Part shown: positions 8,546 through 17,204 of the stretch, one piece after another | Position numbering within the stretch: the stretch's first letter is position 1 | Layout of the letters: each line of letters begins with the position of its first letter | NCBI GenBank assembly: GCA_942493095.1 | Contig: OW818675.1 | Coordinates: 1,170,001-1,202,000 of the forward strand | Reading direction: 5' to 3' | Length of the DNA stretch: 32,000 nt | Source: Candidatus Electronema halotolerans | GTDB taxonomy: Bacteria; Desulfobacterota; Desulfobulbia; Desulfobulbales; Desulfobulbaceae | Notes under the pieces: model-generated | What the model saw: only the letters and a program-made list of their open reading frames with translations | The model's database searches: none | What the model was told of the DNA's origin: nothing | Translations under genes and position numbers: made by a program

Positions 8546-9457
8546 TTGTCCTCGTTTCAAGAACAGGCACTGCGGCACCGCGAAGAGCATCTGACCAAGC
8601 TGGACACAGCCCCCTTCCCTGCTGAGATTGCCACGAAAATTCGCCGTTATGGCGCGCCAATGGGCGCAGTGCTCGAACATCATGCCTGCTTGGACCGCTG
8701 CATGAACCGGCTCCAGCAGCTCATGGCAGAGGCGGAAGGCAGGGGCGGCGTGCTGGCTGCGGGCACAACCGTGCTGGCGGACCGGCTCAGTCAGTCGCAA
8801 GGCCGTTTTGCCCGCCACTGGCACGCTCCGCCCGGCGGCCTCTGGCTGACAGTTGCCTGGCCGGATATCCTCTTGCCGGAGTTCAGCCGTTTGCTGCCCT
8901 TTGCCGCCGGACTGGCCTGCTGCCGCACCGTGCGCCTTTACGGTCTGGATGCCCGTCTCAAGTGGGTCAATGATCTGCTGATCAACGGGCGAAAAATCGC
9001 GGGCATCCTCTGCACCAGCGTGGTTCGGCCCAGCCACGAGCGGTATCATCTGCTTGGCATTGGCCTCAATGCCAACAATCAAGACTTTCCTCACGACTTG
9101 CAGGGCAGAGCTGTCAGCATGGCTGATGCGCTCGGACAGCCAGTTGATTTGGCCGAATTGGCAGGCAGACTGCTGGCCGAGTTGGGCTGGGCAGTGGGGC
9201 TGCTTCATTATGATGAGGAGCTGGCCCTGCACGGGAGAACTTCCTGCGAGGAAGGCTATGCCCCGCTGCTGCTGGCGGCGTGGCGGCAGTTGAGCGACAC
9301 AACGAGCCGCCGGATTGTCTATGGCTTTGATGTCCAGCAGCAGCCGCTCTGCCAAGCAACGGCAGTAGATATTGACTCCTGCGGCGGCCTGATCATGGAA
9401 CTGGAAGACGGCAGCCGAACAGTGGAATATTCTGGGGAAATAGTCTATCTGAGCTGA
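8546..9457 (+). CDS. birA: Biotin--protein ligase family protein (group I-like, no recognisable N-terminal HTH), divergent biotin loop
   Basis: ...SQGRFARHWHAPPGGLWLTV... replaces the GRGRxGRxW loop. KWVNDLLINGRKIAGIL matches KWPNDL..gKK.aGIL. The start is uncertain (TTG 8546; the next ATG is at 8660). Confidence 0.65.
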   Translation: MSSFQEQALRHREEHLTKLDTAPFPAEIATKIRRYGAPMGAVLEHHACLDRCMNRLQQLMAEAEGRGGVLAAGTTVLADRLSQSQGRFARHWHAPPGGLWLTVAWPDILLPEFSRLLPFAAGLACCRTVRLYGLDARLKWVNDLLINGRKIAGILCTSVVRPSHERYHLLGIGLNANNQDFPHDLQGRAVSMADALGQPVDLAELAGRLLAELGWAVGLLHYDEELALHGRTSCEEGYAPLLLAAWRQLSDTTSRRIVYGFDVQQQPLCQATAVDIDSCGGLIMELEDGSRTVEYSGEIVYLS

Positions 9458-9463
9458 ACCGCT

Positions 9464-10903
9464 TCAACCCCGCCTGATTCGCATGGTCACGGCAAAGCCC
9501 TTGGGTTGCAGGTTGCGGGCTGTGACCGTGCCGCCGCAGCTTTCCACGCAGGTTTTGACAATCGCCAGCCCCAGTCCCACGCCGCCGGAATCACTGTCGC
9601 GGGAAGGTTCTGGGCGAAAGAAGGGTTCAAAGAGGCGGTCAAGGTATTCCTCTGCCACACCAGGGCCGCAGTCAGCAACCGTGATTTCCACTTGGCCGTC
9701 CTCTTCATTGGCCGCAACTGTGATCATACCTGCCTTGCCAGCATATTTGACCGCATTGCGGAGCAGATTGGCAATGGCTCTGGTGAGCAGCTCGACTGAG
9801 GCAGTGACTTGAATATCCGGCCTGACCTGCACCTCTATCGCCGCAGCAGAGGAAGACTCGCGCCGCGCTGCCTCCTGCACCACGGACAGCAGGCTTATTT
9901 GCTCCAGCTTTACTGCCTGACTGCCCATGTCAGCCCGTGAAAAGGCGAGCAGCTCGCCGATCAACCGGGAGAGATGGTCAACATCCTCCATCACATCTTG
10001 GACCCGCTCCTGATTTGCGCCTTCCAGCCGCTGTTCCAGCACCCCCAGACCAAACTGGATCCGGGCCACTGGCGAACCCAATTCATGCGAAACATCCCCC
10101 AAGAAACGCTTCTGCCCTTGGACAAAGGCGGACAGCCGGGCAGTCATGTGATTGACAGTCCGGGCCAGCCTGCCTATTTCGTCCGCTCGCGGTTCGTGGA
10201 TGGAGACGGCGAAATTGCCCTTGGCAATCTCCTCCGCAGCCTCTGTCATCCGGGCCAGCGGCTTGGTGATGCTGCGGATCATGGGCAGCCAGAAGAGGAC
10301 GGAGATAATGATGATCACCGCAGCGGCCAGCATCCACGGCAGGGGATCAAAGAAGAAGCCGTTGCCGGTGATGGAGTCGGAAACCGCCAGCAGCAGGACA
10401 GGCAGATGCCGCTCCGAAGCCTCAAGGAAGAGCGGCAGGCGGATGCCGAACCACCAGCGGGCAGGTGTGCCGCTGTGCATGATCAGCAAAGGCCGCCGGT
10501 GGCCCGGTCGCTCTGGCGGCTCACCAGCGCAGGGCGGTTCGTTCGGCGGCCCGCGCCGTTGGAGAAGCTCCTTGGCCCGCACCAGCACCGCCGCCGGGAT
10601 GCTACTCTTTTGCTTGGGCGGAAAGACCAAGCCGCTGGGCAGGACGATCAGGAAATCCACGCCATGAATCTGGCCATGCCGGGCAAGGACATCCGGCCAC
10701 TCATCCGGCGGGGCCTGCCCCAGATCGTGGTTGAGGAGCATCCCGGCAGTGCGCAGACGGTCTGCGCCCTGATGACCAAAGAACTCATCCAAGTCCATGC
10801 GCAGCTGCACGGCAAAGAAGGCAGCCAGCACTGTGGCCAAGAGCAGCAGGTTGAGGAAGAACCACGCTATGATCTTGGCAAAGAGAGAAGACGGCAGCTT
10901 CAT
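9464..10903 (-). CDS. Membrane sensor histidine kinase (two TM helices + periplasmic domain, HAMP, HisKA, HATPase_c)
   Basis: 479 aa. HAMP ITKPLARMTEAAEEIAKGNF...DEIGRLARTVNHM, H-box FLGDVSHELGSPVARI, N/G boxes LLRNAVKYA, DCGPGV, GGVGLGLAIV. ATGA overlap with the upstream RR gene. Confidence 0.9.
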   Translation of the reverse strand: MKLPSSLFAKIIAWFFLNLLLLATVLAAFFAVQLRMDLDEFFGHQGADRLRTAGMLLNHDLGQAPPDEWPDVLARHGQIHGVDFLIVLPSGLVFPPKQKSSIPAAVLVRAKELLQRRGPPNEPPCAGEPPERPGHRRPLLIMHSGTPARWWFGIRLPLFLEASERHLPVLLLAVSDSITGNGFFFDPLPWMLAAAVIIIISVLFWLPMIRSITKPLARMTEAAEEIAKGNFAVSIHEPRADEIGRLARTVNHMTARLSAFVQGQKRFLGDVSHELGSPVARIQFGLGVLEQRLEGANQERVQDVMEDVDHLSRLIGELLAFSRADMGSQAVKLEQISLLSVVQEAARRESSSAAAIEVQVRPDIQVTASVELLTRAIANLLRNAVKYAGKAGMITVAANEEDGQVEITVADCGPGVAEEYLDRLFEPFFRPEPSRDSDSGGVGLGLAIVKTCVESCGGTVTARNLQPKGFAVTMRIRRG

Positions 10904-11619
10904 GGCTGCTCCGGCGGGGCGATGAACATATAGCCTGCGCTGCGCACGGTCTGGATAAAGCGGGGCTGGCGCGGGTTTTCGCCGAGCTTGCGCCGCAGGG
11001 AGGAGATATGCACATCCACAGACCGGTCAAAGACATCATAATCCCGGCCAGCAACCGCCTCAAGCAGGTGATCGCGGGTCAGCACCCGGCCAGCGGCATT
11101 GGCCAGCACAGCGAGCAGGTCGTATTCCAGCGGAGTCAGGGTCAGCACTTCCCCGCCGAGCCGCACAGTGCGGGAATTCTGCTCAATCTGCAAGTCGGTG
11201 AAGCAGAGCACTGGCTCTCCTGCCTCGCTCCGGGTGGTCTCCGCAGCCTGCCAGCGGCGGGTCACAGCCCGGAGACGGGCGAGCAGCTCACGGGAGGAGA
11301 AGGTTTTCGGCAGATAGTCATCCGCGCCCATTTCCAAGCCAACAATGCGGTCGGTCTCCTCGCCCCGTGCGGTGAGCATCAGCACCGGCACGGTTGACAC
11401 CTGCCTGAGCTGTTTCAGGACCTCAAAGCCGTCCATCTGCGGCAGCATCACATCAAGAATCACGGCCTGATACTCCTTCTGCCGGAACAGCTCCAGTCCA
11501 TCCGGGCCGTTGTACGCCGCCTCGACCTCGTAGCCCATCGGCTCCAGGTAATCTCCCACCAAGCGGCAGAGCTTCCGGTCATCGTCAATCATGAGGATTT
11601 TCATGGTCTCGGCTTTCAT
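10900..11619 (-). CDS. OmpR/PhoB-family response regulator (receiver + winged-helix)
   Basis: MKILMIDDD...VILDVMLPQMDG...LMLTARGEE...GADDYLPKTFSSRELLARL...; C-terminus LTPLEYDLLAVL...IQTVRSAGYMF. ATG 11619 has AAGGAG 5 nt upstream and overlaps the ROCO stop (ATGA). Confidence 0.9.
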   Translation of the reverse strand: MKAETMKILMIDDDRKLCRLVGDYLEPMGYEVEAAYNGPDGLELFRQKEYQAVILDVMLPQMDGFEVLKQLRQVSTVPVLMLTARGEETDRIVGLEMGADDYLPKTFSSRELLARLRAVTRRWQAAETTRSEAGEPVLCFTDLQIEQNSRTVRLGGEVLTLTPLEYDLLAVLANAAGRVLTRDHLLEAVAGRDYDVFDRSVDVHISSLRRKLGENPRQPRFIQTVRSAGYMFIAPPEQP

Positions 11620-13817
11620 TGCCGCTCCTTCCGCCCGCTCAATATCTTCCAAAGCTGTTTGAGGTCGATGCCGAAACCTGAGAAACTTGGCTTCAGCATA
11701 AGCAGTTCCTTCTCATCCATCTGCGCTTTCATCATCCGCAGCAGTTCAAGCATCTCATCGTCTCTGCTCGGCTCCACCAAGCCAAGGAGTTCCTTTACAC
11801 TGTAGCACTTCTTTGAGCCGTCTGGAATAAAGACATCTGAACCTGCCTCAGCAAGATTGATCAAGGTCTCGTAATCGGCACTGCGCTGCGGGTCATCAGG
11901 CATGGGAATGCGCTCGCTGACATCAAGATGCTTAAAGGTGTTGTTGATCTCGCGCAAGGAGAACCAGAGGAAGTGGAGATATTCCTTGCGGCGCGGGCCA
12001 TTCACCCAGAGGTTGATACGCCGGGCCTCGGTATCCGCCCGCACTACGGCCTCAGAGCCGCTTTCCCGGTCTTGCAGCACTGCGCCAGTGCGCCAACTCA
12101 GAGCATCCTTGATCTGCTGATGCACCTTGACCATGAAGCGCGGCATGACCGAAGGCGGCAGGAAGTCATGATAATGGAGGACAAACTGGAGCGCGTCCGC
12201 CTCGTCGAAAGTAAAGTCCGGCTCAACCACACCAAGAAGTTGCGGGATCAGCACCCGCTCGCTGTCCAGCTCCCAGCACAGCTCAAACTTCTTCATCAGC
12301 TTGATGATGAAAACATGAGTCTCTGGCGGGTAGGAGTGCGGCTCACCCGGCTGCTGGCGCAGGATGTCCTTCAGGCTTTCCAAACGAAGAATGCCTTTGT
12401 CCGCCGCCACCTGCCCGCTGTTGATAATTTTATAGACCGCGTTGGTCACCCAGACCGGGTCAAGGACGTGGGTGGCATCAAGGATGAAATCTTTGAAATG
12501 AACGGCCACGCCCAGATCGTGGAGAAGGTCAACCAGCGTCTCTTGGCTGGCCTGCTCAGTGATGCCCGCATCGACGCAGATGCTGCCATACTCGCGGCTG
12601 CTGATATAGGACCTGCCGAGCCGGGCAATCTGCTCTTTGACCAGAAACCAGCTCCCCGGCCAGCGGATGCCGATCATCTCCACCCGCGCCAGTTCTTTAA
12701 GTAGGGTCTCGCGGAGACGGCTAATGCCATCGCCGTCAGCGCAGGAGGTTCGGAAAAAGCCTTTGATTGATGGATACTTTGCTTGCAGGAAAGGCCGGTT
12801 GATGTCAAAGGAGGGGTTGGCATCCTGCTTGTTGAGCACCACCAGCACGGGTGAGTCGCCGCCAAAGCTCTCGATATGCTGGAGCCAGTATTCGGGCCGC
12901 TCGTCCTTGCGACCATCGAGCACGAGGACATACAGGCTGCGCTTGGACAGAAAGAACTGGTGCGTGGCGTGCATGATCTCCTGGCCGCCAAAGTCCCAGA
13001 TGTTGACCTTGATTGGCTGGCCGCCCGCAGTTACGTCCCAGCCCCGGATGCTGATGCCGTGCGTGGTGTCTTCGTGCTGGTCAAACTCCTCGCCGAGGAG
13101 CTTCTTGACCAGCGATGTCTTGCCTGCTGCGCCGTCACCGACAAGGAGCACCTTTACTTGGTTGAGGGGCTGGTCTTCTGCTTGGAGATTGGCGAAATAC
13201 TGGCGGATGGCTTCGATGCCTTGACGGGCGATCTCTATCGGCGGCGAGGTGAGGGGGTTGCCGCTGAGGTAAAGTTCCGTCAGTTTAGTGAGCTGGCCGA
13301 TTTCTGACGGTAGGGCGCTGAGTTGGTTTGTGTCGAGGTTAAGCAACGTCAGACTATTGAGTTGACTAATCTCAGGCGGCAGACTGTTCAACCGGTTGGC
13401 GTAAAGGTTAAGCTTCGTCAGGTTCGTGAGCTGGCAGATTTCCAGCGGCAGGGCAGTGAGCTGGTTGCTGCTGAGGAGAAGCACTGTCAGGCTGGTTAGC
13501 TGGCAGAATTCAGGCGGCAGGGTAGCGAGCTGGTTGTTGTTGAGTTCAAGCCTCGTCAAGTTCGTAAGCTGGAACAGCTCTGGCGGCAGGGTAGTAAGTC
13601 GATTACCTCTAAGATTAAGTTCTTGCAACTTAGTTAATTGGCAGATTTCCTGCGGCAAGGAAGTCAGACGATTACCTTGAAGCTCAAGGCATGTTAAATT
13701 GGTTAACTGGCCAATCTCCGGCGGCAGCTCGATAAGTTGCTTGCCACTCAAATAAAGACTGGTTGTCCCCTTCTCCTTAGCCTTGCGTATTACCTCAAGC
13801 AGCTCTTCATTCGTCAT
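11616..13817 (-). CDS. ROCO-family protein: LRR - Roc (Ras-of-complex GTPase) - COR
   Basis: Eight 23-aa LRRs (LxxLxLxxNxLxxLPxEIxQ). G1 LLVGDGAAGKTSL, G3 WDFGGQE, G4 LNKQD. COR-like LDPVWVTNAVYKIINS. Start set at ATG 13817 (AGGTG 8 nt upstream; the N-terminus NEELLEVIRKAKEKGTTSLYLSG is typical). The track start at 13934 runs through a non-coding repeat array. Confidence 0.85.
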   Translation of the reverse strand: MTNEELLEVIRKAKEKGTTSLYLSGKQLIELPPEIGQLTNLTCLELQGNRLTSLPQEICQLTKLQELNLRGNRLTTLPPELFQLTNLTRLELNNNQLATLPPEFCQLTSLTVLLLSSNQLTALPLEICQLTNLTKLNLYANRLNSLPPEISQLNSLTLLNLDTNQLSALPSEIGQLTKLTELYLSGNPLTSPPIEIARQGIEAIRQYFANLQAEDQPLNQVKVLLVGDGAAGKTSLVKKLLGEEFDQHEDTTHGISIRGWDVTAGGQPIKVNIWDFGGQEIMHATHQFFLSKRSLYVLVLDGRKDERPEYWLQHIESFGGDSPVLVVLNKQDANPSFDINRPFLQAKYPSIKGFFRTSCADGDGISRLRETLLKELARVEMIGIRWPGSWFLVKEQIARLGRSYISSREYGSICVDAGITEQASQETLVDLLHDLGVAVHFKDFILDATHVLDPVWVTNAVYKIINSGQVAADKGILRLESLKDILRQQPGEPHSYPPETHVFIIKLMKKFELCWELDSERVLIPQLLGVVEPDFTFDEADALQFVLHYHDFLPPSVMPRFMVKVHQQIKDALSWRTGAVLQDRESGSEAVVRADTEARRINLWVNGPRRKEYLHFLWFSLREINNTFKHLDVSERIPMPDDPQRSADYETLINLAEAGSDVFIPDGSKKCYSVKELLGLVEPSRDDEMLELLRMMKAQMDEKELLMLKPSFSGFGIDLKQLWKILSGRKERQ
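13224..13760 (-). repeat. Coding tandem repeats: 8 leucine-rich repeats of 69 nt each within the ROCO gene
   Basis: The peptide units LTNLTCLELQGNRLTSLPQEICQ / LTKLQELNLRGNRLTTLPPELFQ / ... repeat head to tail. Confidence 0.9.
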
Positions 13818-13859
13818 TGTCTGCGCACCTGTGTTTGTTGGTTGTATAGCATTCGGAGT

Positions 13860-13974
13860 CAGCATGCTGACTCGGCAAGTACCAGCATGGTGGTAAGCCA
13901 AGTACCAGCATGGTGGTAAGCTAAGTTGCAGCATGCTGGAACGACGGGTTGCAGCATAGTGACTCCGTCGCCGT
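13860..13974. repeat. Five-unit tandem array with an exact 23-bp period, each unit starting with a CAGCAT(G/A)(C/G)TG palindromic core
   Basis: Cores start at 13860, 13883, 13906, 13929 and 13952 (cagcatgctg, cagcatggtg, cagcatggtg, cagcatgctg, cagcatagtg). Units 2 and 3 are near-identical (cagcatggtggtaagc[c/t]aagt). The array lies 43-157 nt upstream of the ROCO start codon. Confidence 0.9.
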
Positions 13975-14060
13975 CAGTCGCGGGTTGTACTCTCAAGGGC
14001 CTCCTGCTGCTTTTCCTGCAAGGCAGCCGCAAGAGGCCGTCTCTGCAAGAGGAATACGCC

Positions 14061-14089
14061 ATCCTAAAAAGACGCGCCGGTTTTGTCAA
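14061..14089 (-). promoter_or_regulatory. Candidate sigma70 promoter for the ROCO-RR-HK operon (TTGACA-17-TAGGAT on the minus strand)
   Basis: The reverse complement of 14084-14089 is TTGACA and that of 14061-14066 is TAGGAT, with a 17-nt spacer. This would place the 23-bp array inside a leader of about 235 nt. Confidence 0.35.
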
Positions 14090-14309
14090 GGAAATGCCGG
14101 GCTTGTTCTGTCTTACAGAGAAGCAGGAACAGCAGCGGGAAGAGATGCCCGTCTCCTGCCAGCCATAGGAACTGCTTGCGGTTGGGAGATGAAGCCTGTT
14201 CAGGAAAAACTTGCTGGGCGCAGGGCCGCCGTGGTTACACGGCAGTGCGGGAGGGAAAGACGGAAAAGCAGGGCTGTGCTTGAGAATGGACAGCCGGGGA
14301 AAAGGAAAT

Positions 14310-14338
14310 CTGCGACCGCTTGCGCAGCGGTCTTGCAG
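14310..14338 (-). terminator. Possible terminator hairpin after the sigma54-activator gene
   Basis: gaccgct / agcggtc form a 7-bp stem (14314-14332), extendable by ctgc/gcag. On the minus strand it is followed by ATTTCCTTTT. Confidence 0.35.
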
Positions 14339-14343
14339 ATCGT

Positions 14344-15984
14344 TCACCGGGCAAAGTCAGGCCGCTCCAGATTGAACTTCTTGATCTTGTAGCCGATCTG
14401 CCGCTGAGTCAGGCCCAGCTCCCGCGCCGCCCTGGCCTGCACCCAGCCATGCCGGAGCAGGGCCTCCTCAATTTGCTCGCGCTCAATCTCCAAGAGCGAT
14501 TTGCGGGTTCTGGGCAGTGTTGAGGGCGGCCCAGGCGCAGTGCTGCTGGCTGCGGGCGGAAGAGCAGGAGCGGCAGCAGGCATGGACGGCCTTGCCGCCT
14601 CCTGCGTGGGCGCAAAGAACTGGTCTGGCAGGTCTTCCAGCCGCAGCAGATCATCGGCAGAAAGAATCACCAGCCGTTCGATCAGGTTTTGCAGCTCGCG
14701 GACATTGCCGGGCCAGTCATAAGCGGTCATGGCATCAAGAAAATCACGGCTCATGCGGATGTTCTTGCTGTTCCGCTGATTGCTCAGTTTAAGAAAATGA
14801 TCTACCAGCAGCGGAATGTCCTCCCGCCGTTCCCGCAGCGGCGGCAGAATGATCGGCACCACATTGAGCCGATAATAAAGATCATTGCGGAAGCTGCCCT
14901 GCGCCACAGCCTGCTGGAGGCTGACATTGGTGGCGGCAATAATCCGCACGTCAACGCTGATGGTTCGATTGGAGCCGAGCCGCTCAAACTGCTGCTCCTG
15001 GAGGACCCGCAGCAGCTTGGACTGGAGCAGCAAGGGCATCTCGCCGATTTCATCGAGAAAAAGCGTGCCTTTGTCCGCCAGCTCAAAGCGACCGACCCGC
15101 GTCCCGCCTGCGCCGGTGAAGGCCCCTTTCTCATGGCCGAACAGCTCGCTTTCCAGCAAGGATTCCGGCAGGGCGGCGCAGTTGATCTTGACAAAAGGAC
15201 TGTTGCGGCGCGAACTGCTGTCATGAATGGCCTGCGCCGCCATCTCCTTGCCTGTGCCGGAGTCGCCGAGCAGGAGCACCGTGGCCTGACTGGGCGCAAC
15301 CCGCTCAATGCTCCAGAAGACCTCCTGCATGGCCTTGCAGTGGCCGATGATGTAATGCTTGCGGTGCCGCTCGTGCAGTTGGGCCTTGAGACTGATGTTC
15401 TCCTGCATCAGCTTCTGGCGGTCCCGGCGGATGGCCTGATTCAGGCTGAGAAACTGGGCGATCAGGGTGGCGACCACGGTCAGGAAGCGGACATCTTCAT
15501 CAAACGAAATTTCCAAGCCAAAGAGCCGGTCCACACTCAGAACCCCGACCGGCTTTTCGTGCAGCAGCACCGGCACGCCGATAAAGGCGATCTTGGTCTT
15601 GCGGAAGAGCTGCCTGGAGCCGGTGCGGTTGAGAAAGAGCGGCTCGCTGCTCACATCCGGGACAATAAAGGGCGAGGCAGTGCGGAAAATCTTGCCGCAG
15701 ATGCCTTCGTTTAATTTATAGACCCCGCGTTCCTCCTCCTCCACACTCAGACCATAAGAGGCGCAGATGCTCAACTGCTCCTGCTTCTCATCTAACAGGG
15801 CCAGCGTGGCCCGCTCCATCCGCAAGGTGTCGTGCAGCACTTTGAGAATCGCGGACAGCACTGTTTCCAGATGCACAGCAGAGTCAATCAGCTTGACGAT
15901 CCGATATAAGGCCTTGATCTCCAAGGCCTCGGTGGTGAAACGGTCTTTGGGGAAGAGGCAGAGTTCCTCCTTATCGCTGCCCAT
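14344..15984 (-). CDS. Sigma54-dependent transcriptional activator, GAF - AAA+ - Fis-type HTH (NifA-like architecture)
   Basis: N-terminal GAF-like domain. Walker A GDSGTGKE, the sigma54-contact loop [17 protein letters not shown], a Pro/Ala-rich linker, and the C-terminal [23 protein letters not shown]. Start set at ATG 15984 (AAGGAGA 6 nt upstream) rather than the track start at 16029. Confidence 0.85.
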   Translation of the reverse strand: MGSDKEELCLFPKDRFTTEALEIKALYRIVKLIDSAVHLETVLSAILKVLHDTLRMERATLALLDEKQEQLSICASYGLSVEEEERGVYKLNEGICGKIFRTASPFIVPDVSSEPLFLNRTGSRQLFRKTKIAFIGVPVLLHEKPVGVLSVDRLFGLEISFDEDVRFLTVVATLIAQFLSLNQAIRRDRQKLMQENISLKAQLHERHRKHYIIGHCKAMQEVFWSIERVAPSQATVLLLGDSGTGKEMAAQAIHDSSSRRNSPFVKINCAALPESLLESELFGHEKGAFTGAGGTRVGRFELADKGTLFLDEIGEMPLLLQSKLLRVLQEQQFERLGSNRTISVDVRIIAATNVSLQQAVAQGSFRNDLYYRLNVVPIILPPLRERREDIPLLVDHFLKLSNQRNSKNIRMSRDFLDAMTAYDWPGNVRELQNLIERLVILSADDLLRLEDLPDQFFAPTQEAARPSMPAAAPALPPAASSTAPGPPSTLPRTRKSLLEIEREQIEEALLRHGWVQARAARELGLTQRQIGYKIKKFNLERPDFAR

Positions 15985-16022
15985 GATGCGTCTCCTTGTC
16001 TCATTAAATTTGTCCAACTTGT

Positions 16023-17132
16023 TCAGCATCCCTGCATGGCCAGGCCAAGCAGCTGCTGTTCGCTGAGGACGCTGCCGCCTGTCCGCAGCTGGCAGACAAG
16101 CTCTTCCGCCCTGCTTTCATCAAGCTGCACCCCCAGCTTTTGCAAATGCAGCAGCACGGCTCTGCGGCCAGTTTTGCCGCCAAAACGAAGCGTTCTCCTG
16201 CCCTTGACCCGCTCCGGCGGATACGGCTCATAAGTGGCTGGATTGACCGCCAGACCATGCTGGTGCAGGCCGGTTTCGCAGGTGAATATCTCTTTGCCCA
16301 CTAACGGATGATGGGCAGGAATGCTTCTCCTTGCCGCCCCGGCCACGCAACGGCAGAGCGCAGGCAGGTTTTCGGTCTGATAGTGCCGCTGTTCCAGGAC
16401 CAAGGCCAAATAACCGACAGCCTCCTCCAAACGGCAGCAGCCTGTCCGCTCGCCCAAACCGAGCACGGCGGCATCAAGACAGTCTGCGCCCGCCTCCAAG
16501 GCGGCAATGGAATTGGCTGTGGCCATGCCAAAATCGTTATGACAATGCACGCCTATTGTGACGGGCAGCACCTTTTTCACCGTCTTGACCAAGGCGGCCA
16601 TTGTGCCGGGCGAGCAGATGCCGACCGTGTCTGCCAAGCGGATTCTGCCTGCGCCGTTTTGCGTGGCGATGCTCCCCGCTGCAAGGACAAAGGCGGGATC
16701 AGCGCGGGAAGCGTCTTCCAAGCCGACTGAGACATAAGGAATGCCCAACACCAGAGCCTGCCGGACTGAGCTGGTTAGCTGCTCCAAAACCCAAGCCCGG
16801 TCTTTGCCCAGCCGCTCCTTGATATGGCAGTCAGACACGGGCATGGACAAGGAGAGAACATCAGGACGGCACGCTGCGGCAAAAGCAATGTCCTCCTCCC
16901 GGCAGCGGCACCAGAGGGCAAGACGGCAGGCCTTGCCGACAAGTTTGCGGGCCGCGCTGACCAAGTTTGGCAGCCAAGCATGCAGCGGCGAGGCCACGCC
17001 CAGTTCTATTTCAGCAACACCAACCCGCCGCAGCCCGGCAATGATCGCCCGTTCTGTCGCCGGACTGAACACCACGCCCGGTGCCTGCCTTCCTTCCCGC
17101 AAGGTGGAGTCAATAATTTCAACATGCTTCAT
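16023..17132 (-). CDS. nifV: Homocitrate synthase-like enzyme (HMGL/LeuA-family catalytic domain only, NifV-size)
   Basis: 369 aa. [60 protein letters not shown]. It lacks the LeuA regulatory C-domain, as NifV does, and sits next to a NifA-like activator. Confidence 0.6.
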   Translation of the reverse strand: MKHVEIIDSTLREGRQAPGVVFSPATERAIIAGLRRVGVAEIELGVASPLHAWLPNLVSAARKLVGKACRLALWCRCREEDIAFAAACRPDVLSLSMPVSDCHIKERLGKDRAWVLEQLTSSVRQALVLGIPYVSVGLEDASRADPAFVLAAGSIATQNGAGRIRLADTVGICSPGTMAALVKTVKKVLPVTIGVHCHNDFGMATANSIAALEAGADCLDAAVLGLGERTGCCRLEEAVGYLALVLEQRHYQTENLPALCRCVAGAARRSIPAHHPLVGKEIFTCETGLHQHGLAVNPATYEPYPPERVKGRRTLRFGGKTGRRAVLLHLQKLGVQLDESRAEELVCQLRTGGSVLSEQQLLGLAMQGC

Positions 17133-17187
17133 GCTCGGACCATCTGTAGCTGATTCTGCTTGAACGTGTCATCTCAAACAAAAAGCA

Positions 17188-17204
17188 TACAAAAAATGTG
17201 CCAA
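17188..17204 (-). promoter_or_regulatory. Sigma54 -24/-12-like element upstream of the nifV-like gene (TTGGCAC-N5-TTGTA)
   Basis: The minus strand reads TTGGCACATTTTTTGTA: a perfect -24 TGGCAC and correct spacing, but -12 is TTGT rather than TTGC. It lies about 55 nt upstream of ATG 17132. Confidence 0.3.

Noticed and set aside
13818-13934. N-terminal extension of the ROCO ORF (track start 13934: MLQLSLPPCWYLAYHHAGT...).
   Set aside because: The extension is a translation of the 23-bp repeat array. That period is not a multiple of 3, and the same DNA gives similar peptides in other frames. ATG 13817 has an SD and yields the canonical ROCO N-terminus.
13860-13974. CRISPR array hypothesis for the 23-bp repeats here and at 31421-31535.
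   Set aside because: The units are directly abutting with no spacers and are shorter than CRISPR repeats. No cas genes are in the window.
16023-16029. Seven-nt overlap (ATGCTGA) between the nifV-like stop and the activator start at 16029.
   Set aside because: ATG 15984 has a near-perfect AAGGAGA SD at optimal spacing, whereas 16029 has none. The overlap is probably an ORF-calling artefact.
14344-17132. A nitrogen-fixation gene cluster.
   Set aside because: Only a NifV-like and a NifA-like gene are present. No nifHDK/ENB genes lie in the window, so nif assignment remains tentative.
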